Of a DNA stretch of 32,639 nt, positions 1-8,182 are shown piece after piece; positions within the stretch are counted from its first letter, which is position 1; each line of letters begins with the position of its first letter. The position numbers were made by a program, and so were the translations under genes. The notes under the pieces were generated by a model. That model searched no databases. It saw only the letters and a list, made by a program, of their open reading frames with translations, and was not told where the DNA came from. Source of the stretch: Spirochaetia bacterium (lineage in GTDB: Bacteria; Spirochaetota; Spirochaetia; DSM-27196; Salinispiraceae); the NCBI GenBank assembly GCA_038204425.1, contig JBBRCZ010000020.1, forward strand, positions 1-32,639. Direction: 5' to 3'.

Positions 1-886
1 CTGGATCGGTGTTGAGTTGGCTCAAGGGCAGCCAAAACTCAAACAACTGGCTGGAGCTGGCAGCTGACCACATGCGGCCAACTACTCTCAAAACTTGACT
101 GCTAGGACTTCCTGTTAGACTAGTGCTAACAATTTCCACTGTTTGTCGCATAAGCGGCAAAGGATCACCAGGAAAAAGACTTGGTAGCAAAGGTTCAATG
201 TCGTTTCTGATAGTTTTTCCATCTATTAACACGACATTCCAAGGAATTAAACTACCGTAGTCGTAAATAGCATAGTTTAGTAATATTTGACTTGGAGAAG
301 TTGGCGGGACCAAAGTTAGTGCCAAACCGATATTTTTGATACCATCTCCCAAGTAGTCGCCTTGGATCCATGTAAATTGAGTTGCCCCGCTAACGTCGGG
401 TAGCTTCCAGGTGCTGTCCTCGAGCGACCAGCCACCATTGGCAGGGCTCGTTAAAACGGTGCCATTGGAAGACGCGCCCGTCTGCACATAGCCCGGTCTT
501 AATTGAATATTGCCTATAGCATCCATGTGCCACAAACGCATGCTGTAGAAGTCTTGATCACTGGCATCAAAGTCATAGGCAACGTTCCAATTGGCATCCA
601 GTACTACAATGTGGTTGGGTGCAGCGGGCGCTCGCTTTTGTAAGACAAGATAGTAGATAGGCTTGTCGCCATAAGAAAGTTTCTTGGCGCTGAGACTGGC
701 ATTTTGATAGCTGCGAGGAAACTGCGCTTCAAGTGCAATCTTCTTAACAATATAAGTTGTGTTCCAGCGCATATACTGCAAAGGCAGCGTGCATCCAGCC
801 ACAAGCACTAACAAGCCGACCGCAACAAACCTAGCGAGCGGCTTAGCAAAGAACCGTTCTAATAAAGAAGCATGTATATTTACCAT
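1..886 (-). CDS. Lipoprotein of unknown function (3'-truncated by window edge; not in ORF track)
   Basis: Manual translation: ATG at 886 overlaps the end of the upstream gene. MVNIHASLLERFFAKPLARFVAVGLLVLVAG-C gives a hydrophobic stretch plus LVAGC lipobox. The frame is open to position 1 (...LFEFWLPLSQLNTDP). Confidence 0.85.
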   Translation of the reverse strand, partial: MVNIHASLLERFFAKPLARFVAVGLLVLVAGCTLPLQYMRWNTTYIVKKIALEAQFPRSYQNASLSAKKLSYGDKPIYYLVLQKRAPAAPNHIVVLDANWNVAYDFDASDQDFYSMRLWHMDAIGNIQLRPGYVQTGASSNGTVLTSPANGGWSLEDSTWKLPDVSGATQFTWIQGDYLGDGIKNIGLALTLVPPTSPSQILLNYAIYDYGSLIPWNVVLIDGKTIRNDIEPLLPSLFPGDPLPLMRQTVEIVSTSLTGSPSSQVLRVVGRMWSAASSSQLFEFWLPLSQLNTDP

Positions 887-2238
887 TGATACCCCACATA
901 TACTCTAAATGGCAGAAAGGTCGAGATAGCACCTGCAGGCAGCACCGGTGCAGCAAAGGCGTTTACGCTAAAGTCTATTGATGCCTGAAAGCCAATCACG
1001 ATCGGGTGCAAATTGAGTTCTAAGCCCAAGACAGGCAGGCTAAAAATAAGGTTGCCACCGGTAAAATCTTTGCTGCCAGCTAGGACTGCTTCTATTCCAA
1101 GTCCAAGGGACAGCTTAATTATCTGATCTGCCGGCGAAAATAAGTAGACCCCTGTTTCAAAGCCAAAGCGATGCAAGAAGCTGCGTTCTGGCGTTATCAA
1201 AAGAGCTTGATTAAACAGCGACAAGTCACTGCTTCCATCACCAAGCTCGCTGTGATTGAGATCCTCGTACCAACCATCGTCTGGGCTCGCCATCGTCCAT
1301 GCTGCTTGCACGTACCATTGATCAGGCAGCGGCATCCATCTAAAAAAAGCTCCCCATGAGATCGGACTGAGCGGAACCCACAATAGTCCGGCCGTAAATG
1401 AGTTCTTGCCGTAGAGGGCAGGGAGCACTATTTGTGCATCTTGGTCTTCCAGTACAATGCTGACTTGTTTGTCGTAGTAGTCTTCTTTGCTCATTTGGAC
1501 TATCAGTTCTTGACCTAAGGCAAGTTGCTTAAATGGCAAGAAAAGCTTGCCATCGACAATTGTGCCCAGAAGATTGCCAGCGATACTCACTGTAGCTGCT
1601 TCGTCTGGACTTATAAAAGTGACTGACTTGCTTTGTTTAGTACCGGAGCTTACGCCCCATTCAGATCGAATTTTGGCTGCTTGATCCGCGAGTTTGGCAA
1701 TAACATTGGTCATTGATTTGTCCAAAGCACTCAGCAGGCCCAGTTCACCTTGAGCGCTCTGCACATCTCCGGCAATCAGTCTTCCGTTCCAAGTTTCATA
1801 CAATCTTGCTACTACCGTGGAGCGGAGTCCTTCTGAAAAATAGCTCAAAAACAAGGCCAAATTGGCGTTGGCATCGCGTGCAAGAGTTAAAACTTGGCTG
1901 CGAGACTTTTGAGAATCCGCTTGGGAGTCAAGGTCAATGGTCACCAGTCCAGCTTGCTTGACCGCTGCCAGAATACTCTGTGCAATTATGGTCTCTCGTT
2001 GTAAGTCATCCGCCTCGTCTAGTGACTCGGGCTTTAAGATCGTCAACGACATACCAGAGTGGGCATTTTCGCCTTGGATTTTTGCTAGTCGGTCTCTCTC
2101 AGCATCGACTCTTTGTAACGATTCTTCGGTAGCGGTCTTGGGAAGCTCAGCTTGGGATGGTTCTTGGCCAAACAACGTGAGCGGAGCGAGCAATAGACAG
2201 AGCACAAGCAGCAGATACAAGGGCAGTTTTTTGTTCAT
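880..2238 (-). CDS. Exported protein; N-terminal alpha/beta domain, PEGA-like beta segment, probable C-terminal outer-membrane beta-barrel
   Basis: AAGGAG lies upstream of ATG 2238 (MNKKLPLYLLLVLCLLLAPLTLFG, signal peptide); the GTG at 2250 overlaps that SD. The C-terminal ~170 aa has alternating amphipathic strands and ends YVGYQW (terminal aromatic residue). Confidence 0.65.
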   Translation of the reverse strand: MNKKLPLYLLLVLCLLLAPLTLFGQEPSQAELPKTATEESLQRVDAERDRLAKIQGENAHSGMSLTILKPESLDEADDLQRETIIAQSILAAVKQAGLVTIDLDSQADSQKSRSQVLTLARDANANLALFLSYFSEGLRSTVVARLYETWNGRLIAGDVQSAQGELGLLSALDKSMTNVIAKLADQAAKIRSEWGVSSGTKQSKSVTFISPDEAATVSIAGNLLGTIVDGKLFLPFKQLALGQELIVQMSKEDYYDKQVSIVLEDQDAQIVLPALYGKNSFTAGLLWVPLSPISWGAFFRWMPLPDQWYVQAAWTMASPDDGWYEDLNHSELGDGSSDLSLFNQALLITPERSFLHRFGFETGVYLFSPADQIIKLSLGLGIEAVLAGSKDFTGGNLIFSLPVLGLELNLHPIVIGFQASIDFSVNAFAAPVLPAGAISTFLPFRVYVGYQW

Positions 2239-2256
2239 TCTGATATCCACTCCTTA

Positions 2257-3915
2257 CTACTTGTGATCCATAATTCTCACACCATTCCAACCTTCTGGCG
2301 GTGGAGTGTCAATATACCCTTGGCAGATTTCTAGCATGCTGGTAGATGCGAAGTCGTCGGGCAAGTTTGCTTGCACTTTCTTAAATAGATCACGTGCCTT
2401 CAAAAAATTCCTGCCAACATAGAGTTCCATTGCCTCATTGTGCCAGGCCCAAGCCGCTTTTTCTTTGTCGTCAATCTTGTCTTTGGCAGTATAGATTCTC
2501 ACGCCAAGACTCTTTCCCTTTACGGCCACGGTGTCAATAAATCGGGTTGGCACAAAAGTTTCCACGCGTTCCTTGAGGCTTTCGGTTATCAAGAGTGTTT
2601 GGTGGTATTCTTTGGTTAAGCCTTCTAAGCGACTGGCCAAGTTTACGTTGTCGCCTATAACGGTATAATCCATTTTTTTTTCGGTACCAATATTGCCCAC
2701 TGTTACCTTGCCGTAGTTGATGCCAACCCCGATGTAAAACGGTGGTTTGCCCTTGGCTATTTGTTGACGATTAAAGACTTCTACTTGTTGCGTCATTTCG
2801 ATACCGGCTAGGACTGACTGCAATGCATCATCGTCGTGTGCCACTGGCGCACCAAAAAACGCCATAATGGCGTCACCAATGTATTTGTCAACAATGCCTT
2901 TTCGGTTGACTATTAGGTCGACCATAAACGAAAAATATTGGTTGAGGCTTTGCACAAGATCATGAGGGTGCATTTTTTCCGAAATGGTAGTAAAGCCTCG
3001 GATATCAGAAAACAGCGTAGAAACGTCGACATCACGGCCAACCAACATTTCTTCCGGATTGGTCTCGACTTGATTGATGACTTCTTGTGGAACATAACGC
3101 TGGAAGATATTGCGAATGCGGGCTTCTTTTTTTTGTGCCAAAACCGCTTGTAAGGCATAGTTTTTGATCTGCTTCCAAGCCTTGTCCAATTCGTTGGTCA
3201 TAATATTAAAGGTATGGGCCAAGACGCCAGTTTCGTCATTGTATTCGACCTCAACCTGCTTAGACAAATCTGCTGAAGAAATTATTTCCTTCATAGAATC
3301 TACTATTTTTCGCAGTGGTTGAGTTAAGCGCTGCGAGAAAATAAAGAGCAAGATACTGGCCAAAGCGAGTGTTAAGACAGAAATTATAAGTGTTCGGACT
3401 GCTATTTGGTTAATATCACCATAAAACGCGGCGGAAAGGTCGCTTACAAAGTAGTACCAATCAAAAGGAGCAAAGTAGAAGCCTCGTCCAACACGGTCTT
3501 GCCCCTCGAGCCGCACCGTCATAATGGAGGATTGATTGCCTTTAATCTGTGCAACAAGCTGCAGGCCTTCATCAGGCCCCAGGTTAACCGCCCTTGTTTG
3601 CGAGCCTGGTTTGCCGTCGCGTCCGAGGGCCACTATGAGTTCGCTCGGCTTTCGTATCAGGCCGCGTGCATAGACTTCTACACTGCCCTTGTTTGCTTGT
3701 ATCCAAGCCTCTTGGTCAGTCTTGTTGTTGTCAATCAAGAGTTGCCATTGGCTGTCAGCGTATTTTTGCAGTTCAAAGACTTTAAATCCCAAAAAATCTG
3801 AGGTCACACGATTGATGCCAGAAGCCGCCGAAAAGTACGATGCAATGCCTACCAAGATTGCTGCCGTCGCCAGCAGCGGTAAGACCAATATGATGATTTT
3901 AAACCTAATGCTCAT
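2257..3915 (-). CDS. Membrane class III adenylate cyclase (TM-periplasmic sensor-TM-HAMP-cyclase-TPR-like tail)
   Basis: Motifs FSDIRGFT, KYIGDAIMAFFG, GNIG and DYTVIGDNVNLASRLE, with the ATP-specifying Lys and Asp present. Two TM helices and a HAMP segment (LTQPLRKI...NDETGVLAHTFNIM). Start set at 3915 from promoter position; the ORF track uses 3927. Confidence 0.93.
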   Translation of the reverse strand: MSIRFKIIILVLPLLATAAILVGIASYFSAASGINRVTSDFLGFKVFELQKYADSQWQLLIDNNKTDQEAWIQANKGSVEVYARGLIRKPSELIVALGRDGKPGSQTRAVNLGPDEGLQLVAQIKGNQSSIMTVRLEGQDRVGRGFYFAPFDWYYFVSDLSAAFYGDINQIAVRTLIISVLTLALASILLFIFSQRLTQPLRKIVDSMKEIISSADLSKQVEVEYNDETGVLAHTFNIMTNELDKAWKQIKNYALQAVLAQKKEARIRNIFQRYVPQEVINQVETNPEEMLVGRDVDVSTLFSDIRGFTTISEKMHPHDLVQSLNQYFSFMVDLIVNRKGIVDKYIGDAIMAFFGAPVAHDDDALQSVLAGIEMTQQVEVFNRQQIAKGKPPFYIGVGINYGKVTVGNIGTEKKMDYTVIGDNVNLASRLEGLTKEYHQTLLITESLKERVETFVPTRFIDTVAVKGKSLGVRIYTAKDKIDDKEKAAWAWHNEAMELYVGRNFLKARDLFKKVQANLPDDFASTSMLEICQGYIDTPPPEGWNGVRIMDHK

Positions 3916-3922
3916 TGTATAG

Positions 3923-3951
3923 AGCATAGTCTCTTTGGAGAAATCCTACAA
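3923..3951 (-). promoter_or_regulatory. sigma70-type promoter, probably leaderless, for the cyclase operon
   Basis: TTGTAG-17 nt-TATGCT, then 7 nt to ATG 3915; no SD. Confidence 0.6.
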
Positions 3952-3961
3952 GTTTTTTAGC

Positions 3962-4795
3962 TCAAGTCGTACCTTTGATCTGCCTCTGTCGCCAAGATTC
4001 ATAGAGTAGTAGAGTGGCAGCCTGTGCGACGTTGAGGCTATTGACGCTGCCACGCATAGGAATTTGAACCTGCTCCCTTGCAGCTTGCAGCCAGAACGAG
4101 GATAGACCCTCTTTTTCGGTACCCAAAACTAGGGCGCACGAAGCAGAAAGGTCGCTTTGCCAGATACTCTTGGTGCCAGAGGGGCTGGCAGCAAAGATCT
4201 GAATCTCGTTTTTTTGCAACCAATCAAGTGCGTCCTGATTGCTGCACTCTACCACAGCTTGACTAAAAATGCTGCCTTTACTCGCTCTCACCACGTTTGG
4301 GTTGCCAGGATCGGTTCGACCGTCGCAAACCAAAACGCCATCGGCACCAACTGCGTCAGCCGAGCGTAGGATTGCACCAAGGTTGCCGGGCTTCTCAAGT
4401 TGCTCAGTGACCACAAGTAAGGGATGAGTGACCTGTCGATCCACGAGACTAGCTTGCAACTGATCAAGTGACAAAAAAGTCTTGTGAATAACGGCCAACC
4501 AGGCGTCAGGGTGCTCGCGATAGCAGAGTTTTTTCATCAAATCTGCAGAAATTTCGTGTATTAGCGGCAAGCTTGCCTCAAGCTGCAGCACTAGTGCTTC
4601 TTCGCCAGCCTTCAATAAAGCGGGACACAAGAATAGGCTCTGCAAGCGTGCGTGATTGGCCAAGGCTAGGCCCAGTTCTGCAAAACCTTCTACCAAAATC
4701 AGTCCGGTCTCTGTGCGAGTGCGGCGATTTTGCAAGGATAGTACCTGTTTTAAGCGTTCGTTCTGAGGGCTGCTAATGCTCAAGCGTTGTGACAT
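3962..4795 (-). CDS. TrmH/SpoU-family RNA 2'-O-methyltransferase
   Basis: SPOUT motifs LEKPGNLGAILRSADA, LVLGTEKEGLS and IPMRGSVNSLNVAQA; N-terminal substrate-binding domain (ISSPQN...VEG). Confidence 0.93.
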   Translation of the reverse strand: MSQRLSISSPQNERLKQVLSLQNRRTRTETGLILVEGFAELGLALANHARLQSLFLCPALLKAGEEALVLQLEASLPLIHEISADLMKKLCYREHPDAWLAVIHKTFLSLDQLQASLVDRQVTHPLLVVTEQLEKPGNLGAILRSADAVGADGVLVCDGRTDPGNPNVVRASKGSIFSQAVVECSNQDALDWLQKNEIQIFAASPSGTKSIWQSDLSASCALVLGTEKEGLSSFWLQAAREQVQIPMRGSVNSLNVAQAATLLLYESWRQRQIKGTT

Positions 4796-4817
4796 AAGCC
4801 AAAGAATACCGTATAGT
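4789..4817. promoter_or_regulatory. Back-to-back promoters in the 29-bp gap between the TrmH- and RluA-family genes
   Basis: Plus strand: GTGACA(4789)-17-TATAGT(4812)-7 nt-ATG 4825. Minus strand: TATTCT(4808-4803)-7 nt-ATG 4795. Confidence 0.55.
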
Positions 4818-4824
4818 TAAACCG

Positions 4825-5922
4825 ATGAAAAGTGAAGCTACGCTGCAGCGCCTCGACCACTATTGTTGGCAGCTGCATCCCGACAAAAGCGTCAACGCTT
4901 GGCGGGCGTTGATTGCTCAGGGCTTAGTGCGCGTCAACGGGCGACCTGCTTCAAAAGGCACTATGATAGGTCGCCAAGACCAAGTCACAATCGACCAGGT
5001 GTTTTTGCAGCGCACTAGCGAGCTGGGACCAGGTCGAACTAAACATCTGTCTCCCGATGCAGCCAACTTAGCCCTCGTGTATCAAGATGACTATATAATA
5101 GTCATCAATAAACCATCAGGAATGCCTTCTCATCCGCTACTTTTGGAAGATCCAGTAACTGCGGCCGATCTGTTTGCAAGTTTGGAGCCAAAATTTTGGT
5201 CAGCAGGGCCAGTTGAACGGGAAGGTGGCCTTCTACAGCGACTCGACAATGACAGCAGCGGACTCTTGCTTGCCGCACGCACTGTCCAAGCTTGGCATGA
5301 GTTTGCCCCATATTTTAGAACTGCAACTATCGACAACCTGTCCCAAGAGCATTCTGCCAAGAAGAGCTATCTGGCGCTCGTACACGGAACCATGGAAAGA
5401 CCTCTGCGATGCAACTTGTCCATCAGTCATGACGGCCGAGACTCAAGAAAGATGACCGTTGCCAGTATTAATGACCATGTGTTGCAAGTCAAAGCCTGGG
5501 GTGAGCCGCGAGGCAAAGCGCGCGAGGCGCTGTCTGTCTTTACGCCGGTGGCCCAAGCCGAGACAAGCCATTTATTGCCAGACAAGAGGCTCGACCAGCA
5601 TTATATAACCTTGGTGCGAGTGGAGCTGGGCCATGGACAACGTCATCAAGTTAGGGTGCACGCAGCAGCCCTGGGTTTTCCGCTGGTGGGAGACACGCTC
5701 TACGCGCCAGACGACAAACAAGAAGTTTTGCAGCTCAATAGCTTGCTTGGAAATAAGCACCTTTTGCACGCCCATGAGCTTCAATTCTGGCATCCATTTC
5801 TCGAGCAAGTCATGTTCCTTGGGGCGCACCCGTCTCAAAAATTTGGACAAATTTGTGACCAAATTGGCATCAAGCTTGATGTTCTTCCAAAAAAAACTCA
5901 TAGTAGTCTAACTAAATCCTAA
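4825..5922 (+). CDS. RluA/RluD-family RNA pseudouridine synthase with N-terminal S4 domain
   Basis: S4-like RLD...LIAQGLVRVNG; INKPSG; QRLDNDSSG (catalytic Asp); KSYLALV; GQRHQVRVH; LVGDTLY; LLHAHEL. Confidence 0.92.
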   Translation: MKSEATLQRLDHYCWQLHPDKSVNAWRALIAQGLVRVNGRPASKGTMIGRQDQVTIDQVFLQRTSELGPGRTKHLSPDAANLALVYQDDYIIVINKPSGMPSHPLLLEDPVTAADLFASLEPKFWSAGPVEREGGLLQRLDNDSSGLLLAARTVQAWHEFAPYFRTATIDNLSQEHSAKKSYLALVHGTMERPLRCNLSISHDGRDSRKMTVASINDHVLQVKAWGEPRGKAREALSVFTPVAQAETSHLLPDKRLDQHYITLVRVELGHGQRHQVRVHAAALGFPLVGDTLYAPDDKQEVLQLNSLLGNKHLLHAHELQFWHPFLEQVMFLGAHPSQKFGQICDQIGIKLDVLPKKTHSSLTKS

Positions 5923-6064
5923 CGTATTGTCCATAAATACTCCCTAACGATGCGCCGTATCAGTAGAAAATACGAAAATAACATACCAAAATGTAGTAGT
6001 TCAAAAAAATGTCATCAAATATGTAATAAAAATACTATTTTTCAATTTTTTATACCTCGTTGTG

Positions 6065-6093
6065 TTGTCAAAGATTTTCTAATTTGCTAAGCT
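6065..6093 (+). promoter_or_regulatory. sigma70 promoter of the beta-barrel-like gene
   Basis: TTGTCA-17-TAAGCT with a TG extended -10, preceded by an AT-rich region and the palindrome AAAAATA-C-TATTTTT (6028-6042). Confidence 0.6.
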
Positions 6094-6168
6094 CTCAACA
6101 AGAAGCGCGGATCTGATCCGCAGCTAAAAATGGTCGGCCCCAAAGGCTGTTCCAAAAAGGAGATTCTT

Positions 6169-6825
6169 GTGAAAAAGATCCTCGTAGTTTTGTTGGTAAT
6201 GATGGTCGGCTTGGCTTCCTTGTCAGCACAACAAGAAATGGCAGCCAAAGAAGAAATGGCAGCACCAAGTGTTGGAGTAACCAGTGGGTTTGAAGTTGGT
6301 ACAGATTTTGCCAGTGTATCGGTTACACCATCATTTGATTTTACCACTTCAACTGGTATTGCCAGTTTTTCTGCCTATGGTGAGTTTACCGCAGGTTTGT
6401 TTGATACAGCTGGTATTTCTAGTGTAGACCTTGGTACATCAGCAGCATTTGATTTTGACTTGGGAGGCGCAACACTTTCACCATATGTCAGTTTTGATGT
6501 AGCGTTTGATAGTGCCAGTGTCTTGTCCGGGACTTCAGATATTGGTATCGCTTTAGGCATAGATCCTGTCTATTTTGATCTTTCTACAACCTTGCTTTAT
6601 GACGCAGGGACTACCTTTAACTTGTATCTTGAGTTTGGTGGTGCAGTGGACATTTTTGGCTTCTATGTTGGTTCTGGCTATGACTTTACGGATAGCGCCT
6701 TTGCTGGCATAGATTGGGGTATCAGTTTTGACCTTGGTAGCGGTGTAAGTCTATACACTGACGGATCTATCGCGAGTGGATTCGACGGATACAGTCAGAG
6801 CATTGGTGTCTCGGTAAGTTACTAA
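6169..6825 (+). CDS. Small acidic outer-membrane beta-barrel/porin-like protein
   Basis: AAGGAG SD then GTG 6169. Signal peptide MKKILVVLLVMMVGLASLSA. Mature region has Gly/Ser/Phe/Asp-rich alternating strands and ends SIGVSVSY. Has its own promoter and terminator. Confidence 0.75.
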   Translation: MKKILVVLLVMMVGLASLSAQQEMAAKEEMAAPSVGVTSGFEVGTDFASVSVTPSFDFTTSTGIASFSAYGEFTAGLFDTAGISSVDLGTSAAFDFDLGGATLSPYVSFDVAFDSASVLSGTSDIGIALGIDPVYFDLSTTLLYDAGTTFNLYLEFGGAVDIFGFYVGSGYDFTDSAFAGIDWGISFDLGSGVSLYTDGSIASGFDGYSQSIGVSVSY

Positions 6826-6854
6826 AACTTTCTGAGCAAGTAATTGCTTTAACT

Positions 6855-6889
6855 AAGGCTGTTTGGGTTAATCCCAAACAGCCTTTTTT
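6855..6889 (+). terminator. Intrinsic terminator
   Basis: AAGGCTGTTTGGG-TTAAT-CCCAAACAGCCTT followed by a T run. Confidence 0.9.
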
Positions 6890-6937
6890 GTTTCTAAACA
6901 CAAGCGACGGGAGTTTTTTTATTGATGGTTTGAGCAT

Positions 6938-6966
6938 AAAAAAACCTTCCAAGTGGAAGGTTTTTT
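6938..6966. terminator. Bidirectional intrinsic terminator downstream of tRNA-Phe
   Basis: A7-CCTTCC-AAGT-GGAAGG-T6. Confidence 0.85.
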
Positions 6967-6969
6967 CAA

Positions 6970-7042
6970 TGCCGCCGGGCAGAATTGAACTGCCGACACG
7001 TGGATTTTCAGTCCACTGCTCTACCAACTGAGCTACAGCGGC
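6970..7042 (-). tRNA. tRNA-Phe (GAA), CCA not encoded
   Basis: Reverse complement folds as a full cloverleaf: GCCGCTG TA GCTC AGTTGGTA GAGC A GTGGA CT-GAA-AA TCCAC GTGTC GGCAG TTCAATT CTGCC CGGCGGC A. Confidence 0.98.
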
Positions 7043-7068
7043 GTCACTTTTATGAAAGCGTGAGACAG

Positions 7069-7097
7069 TTTATAACCTGCCCAAAAAAAACTGTCAA
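7069..7097 (-). promoter_or_regulatory. sigma70 promoter of tRNA-Phe
   Basis: TTGACA-17-TATAAA, 26 nt upstream of the tRNA 5' end. Confidence 0.8.
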
Positions 7098-7129
7098 GTC
7101 ATGGAGCCTCTTTTGGGTTCAAGTGCTTA

Positions 7130-7158
7130 TTCCATTTGGCAATGCTCTGTGATACTTT
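7130..7158 (+). promoter_or_regulatory. Probable leaderless promoter of the Ldh_2 gene
   Basis: TTCCAT-17-TACTTT with a TG extension, 7 nt before ATG 7166; no SD. Confidence 0.45.
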
Positions 7159-7165
7159 ATGGCCC

Positions 7166-8182
7166 ATGAAATGTGATCTCGAGAAGCTTTACACATGGAC
7201 AAACAAATTGCTGCTCGCAAGTGGACTAAACGCTGATCACGCTGGCATTGTTAGTGATGTTTTTATGCGAGCCAGCCAAAGGCAGATGGGCCATCATGAC
7301 CTGAGTTACCTACCGCAACGTCTTTTGTGGTTGCATGAGGCTGGCGTCAAGGCCAAAGCACAGCCATTTAGGGTTTCTGAAGGCCCAGCTTTTGAGGTTT
7401 GGGATGGAGACGCTGGTCTTGGTGAGTTGGCTTGCGCCACTATCTGTAAGCAGGCTATCGAACGCGCCAAAACAAGTGGTGTGGCCTTTGCCAGCGTGCG
7501 CCATAGTAATCATTTTTTGGCTGCTTCTCCGTATACCGACATGGGGCTCGAGGCGGGGTGTCTTTTGCTGGTCTGGTCCAATACCGACGCCGGTATGTCG
7601 GGGCCGGGTACTGGAAAAAACATCATTGGCAACAACCCAGTAGGCTTTGCTATCGAAGTCGCACAAGCAGCACCGCTCTCAGTTGATACCTGTTTGGCCT
7701 ACTCTTCGCTTGGCAATTTGCGGGACTTGGCTCTCAATGCTTCTGAAGTGCCATCGTATTGGGGCAACGATAAGTCTGGCAAACCAAGCAGCAAGGCAAG
7801 TGAACTATTGGACGGTGGGGCAGTGCACCCAATTGGTGGGCACAAAGGCTTTGGCCTAGCTCTCTTGCACGAAGTTTTGACAGGTATCTTGTCAGGCGGT
7901 ACCACCCTTGACCAAGTAGCATCAGGCGGAGGCATTAACACCCACAATCAATCGGTGCTTGTGTTTGATCTGGAGTTTTTTGGTGGTCGCCAAGAGGTGG
8001 CCCAACGCACGGCTGACATGCTAAGTCGCTTACTACAAGTCGAAGAAGGGCTGCGTTTGCCAGGGCAGCACAGTCACCAAGCGCGGCTGCAGAGTCTTAA
8101 AGAAGGTATTGAGCTGAGTCCGTCTACGCTAGAGCAACTGCGCTGGTGGTCGCATAAACTTGATGTCCAAGCTGCTTATTGA
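7166..8182 (+). CDS. Ldh_2-family (type 2 malate/L-lactate/ureidoglycolate/sulfolactate) dehydrogenase
   Basis: Motifs DGDAGLG, RHSNHF, GNNP, PIGGHKGFGLAL and RLPG. Substrate cannot be assigned. Confidence 0.88.
   Translation: MKCDLEKLYTWTNKLLLASGLNADHAGIVSDVFMRASQRQMGHHDLSYLPQRLLWLHEAGVKAKAQPFRVSEGPAFEVWDGDAGLGELACATICKQAIERAKTSGVAFASVRHSNHFLAASPYTDMGLEAGCLLLVWSNTDAGMSGPGTGKNIIGNNPVGFAIEVAQAAPLSVDTCLAYSSLGNLRDLALNASEVPSYWGNDKSGKPSSKASELLDGGAVHPIGGHKGFGLALLHEVLTGILSGGTTLDQVASGGGINTHNQSVLVFDLEFFGGRQEVAQRTADMLSRLLQVEEGLRLPGQHSHQARLQSLKEGIELSPSTLEQLRWWSHKLDVQAAY

Noticed and set aside
604..804. 66-aa minus-strand ORF in the track
   Set aside because: Out-of-frame shadow inside the real lipoprotein gene (1-886).
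2673..2681. T9 tract in the cyclase gene (also T8 at 3127-3134 and A9 at 12338-12346) as phase-variation or frameshift sites
   Set aside because: All are in-frame Lys-rich codon runs within intact ORFs; no evidence of slippage.
6060..6095. sigma54 promoter (TTGC near 6084) for the nitrogen-poor protein
   Set aside because: No GG dinucleotide at the -24 position; a sigma70 TTGTCA-17-TAAGCT fits better.
6767..7027. 86-aa ORF
   Set aside because: Overlaps tRNA-Phe and two terminators; spurious.
5923..7135. Genomic island or prophage integrated at tRNA-Phe
   Set aside because: No integrase, no duplicated tRNA 3' end seen, and the flanking genes are housekeeping.
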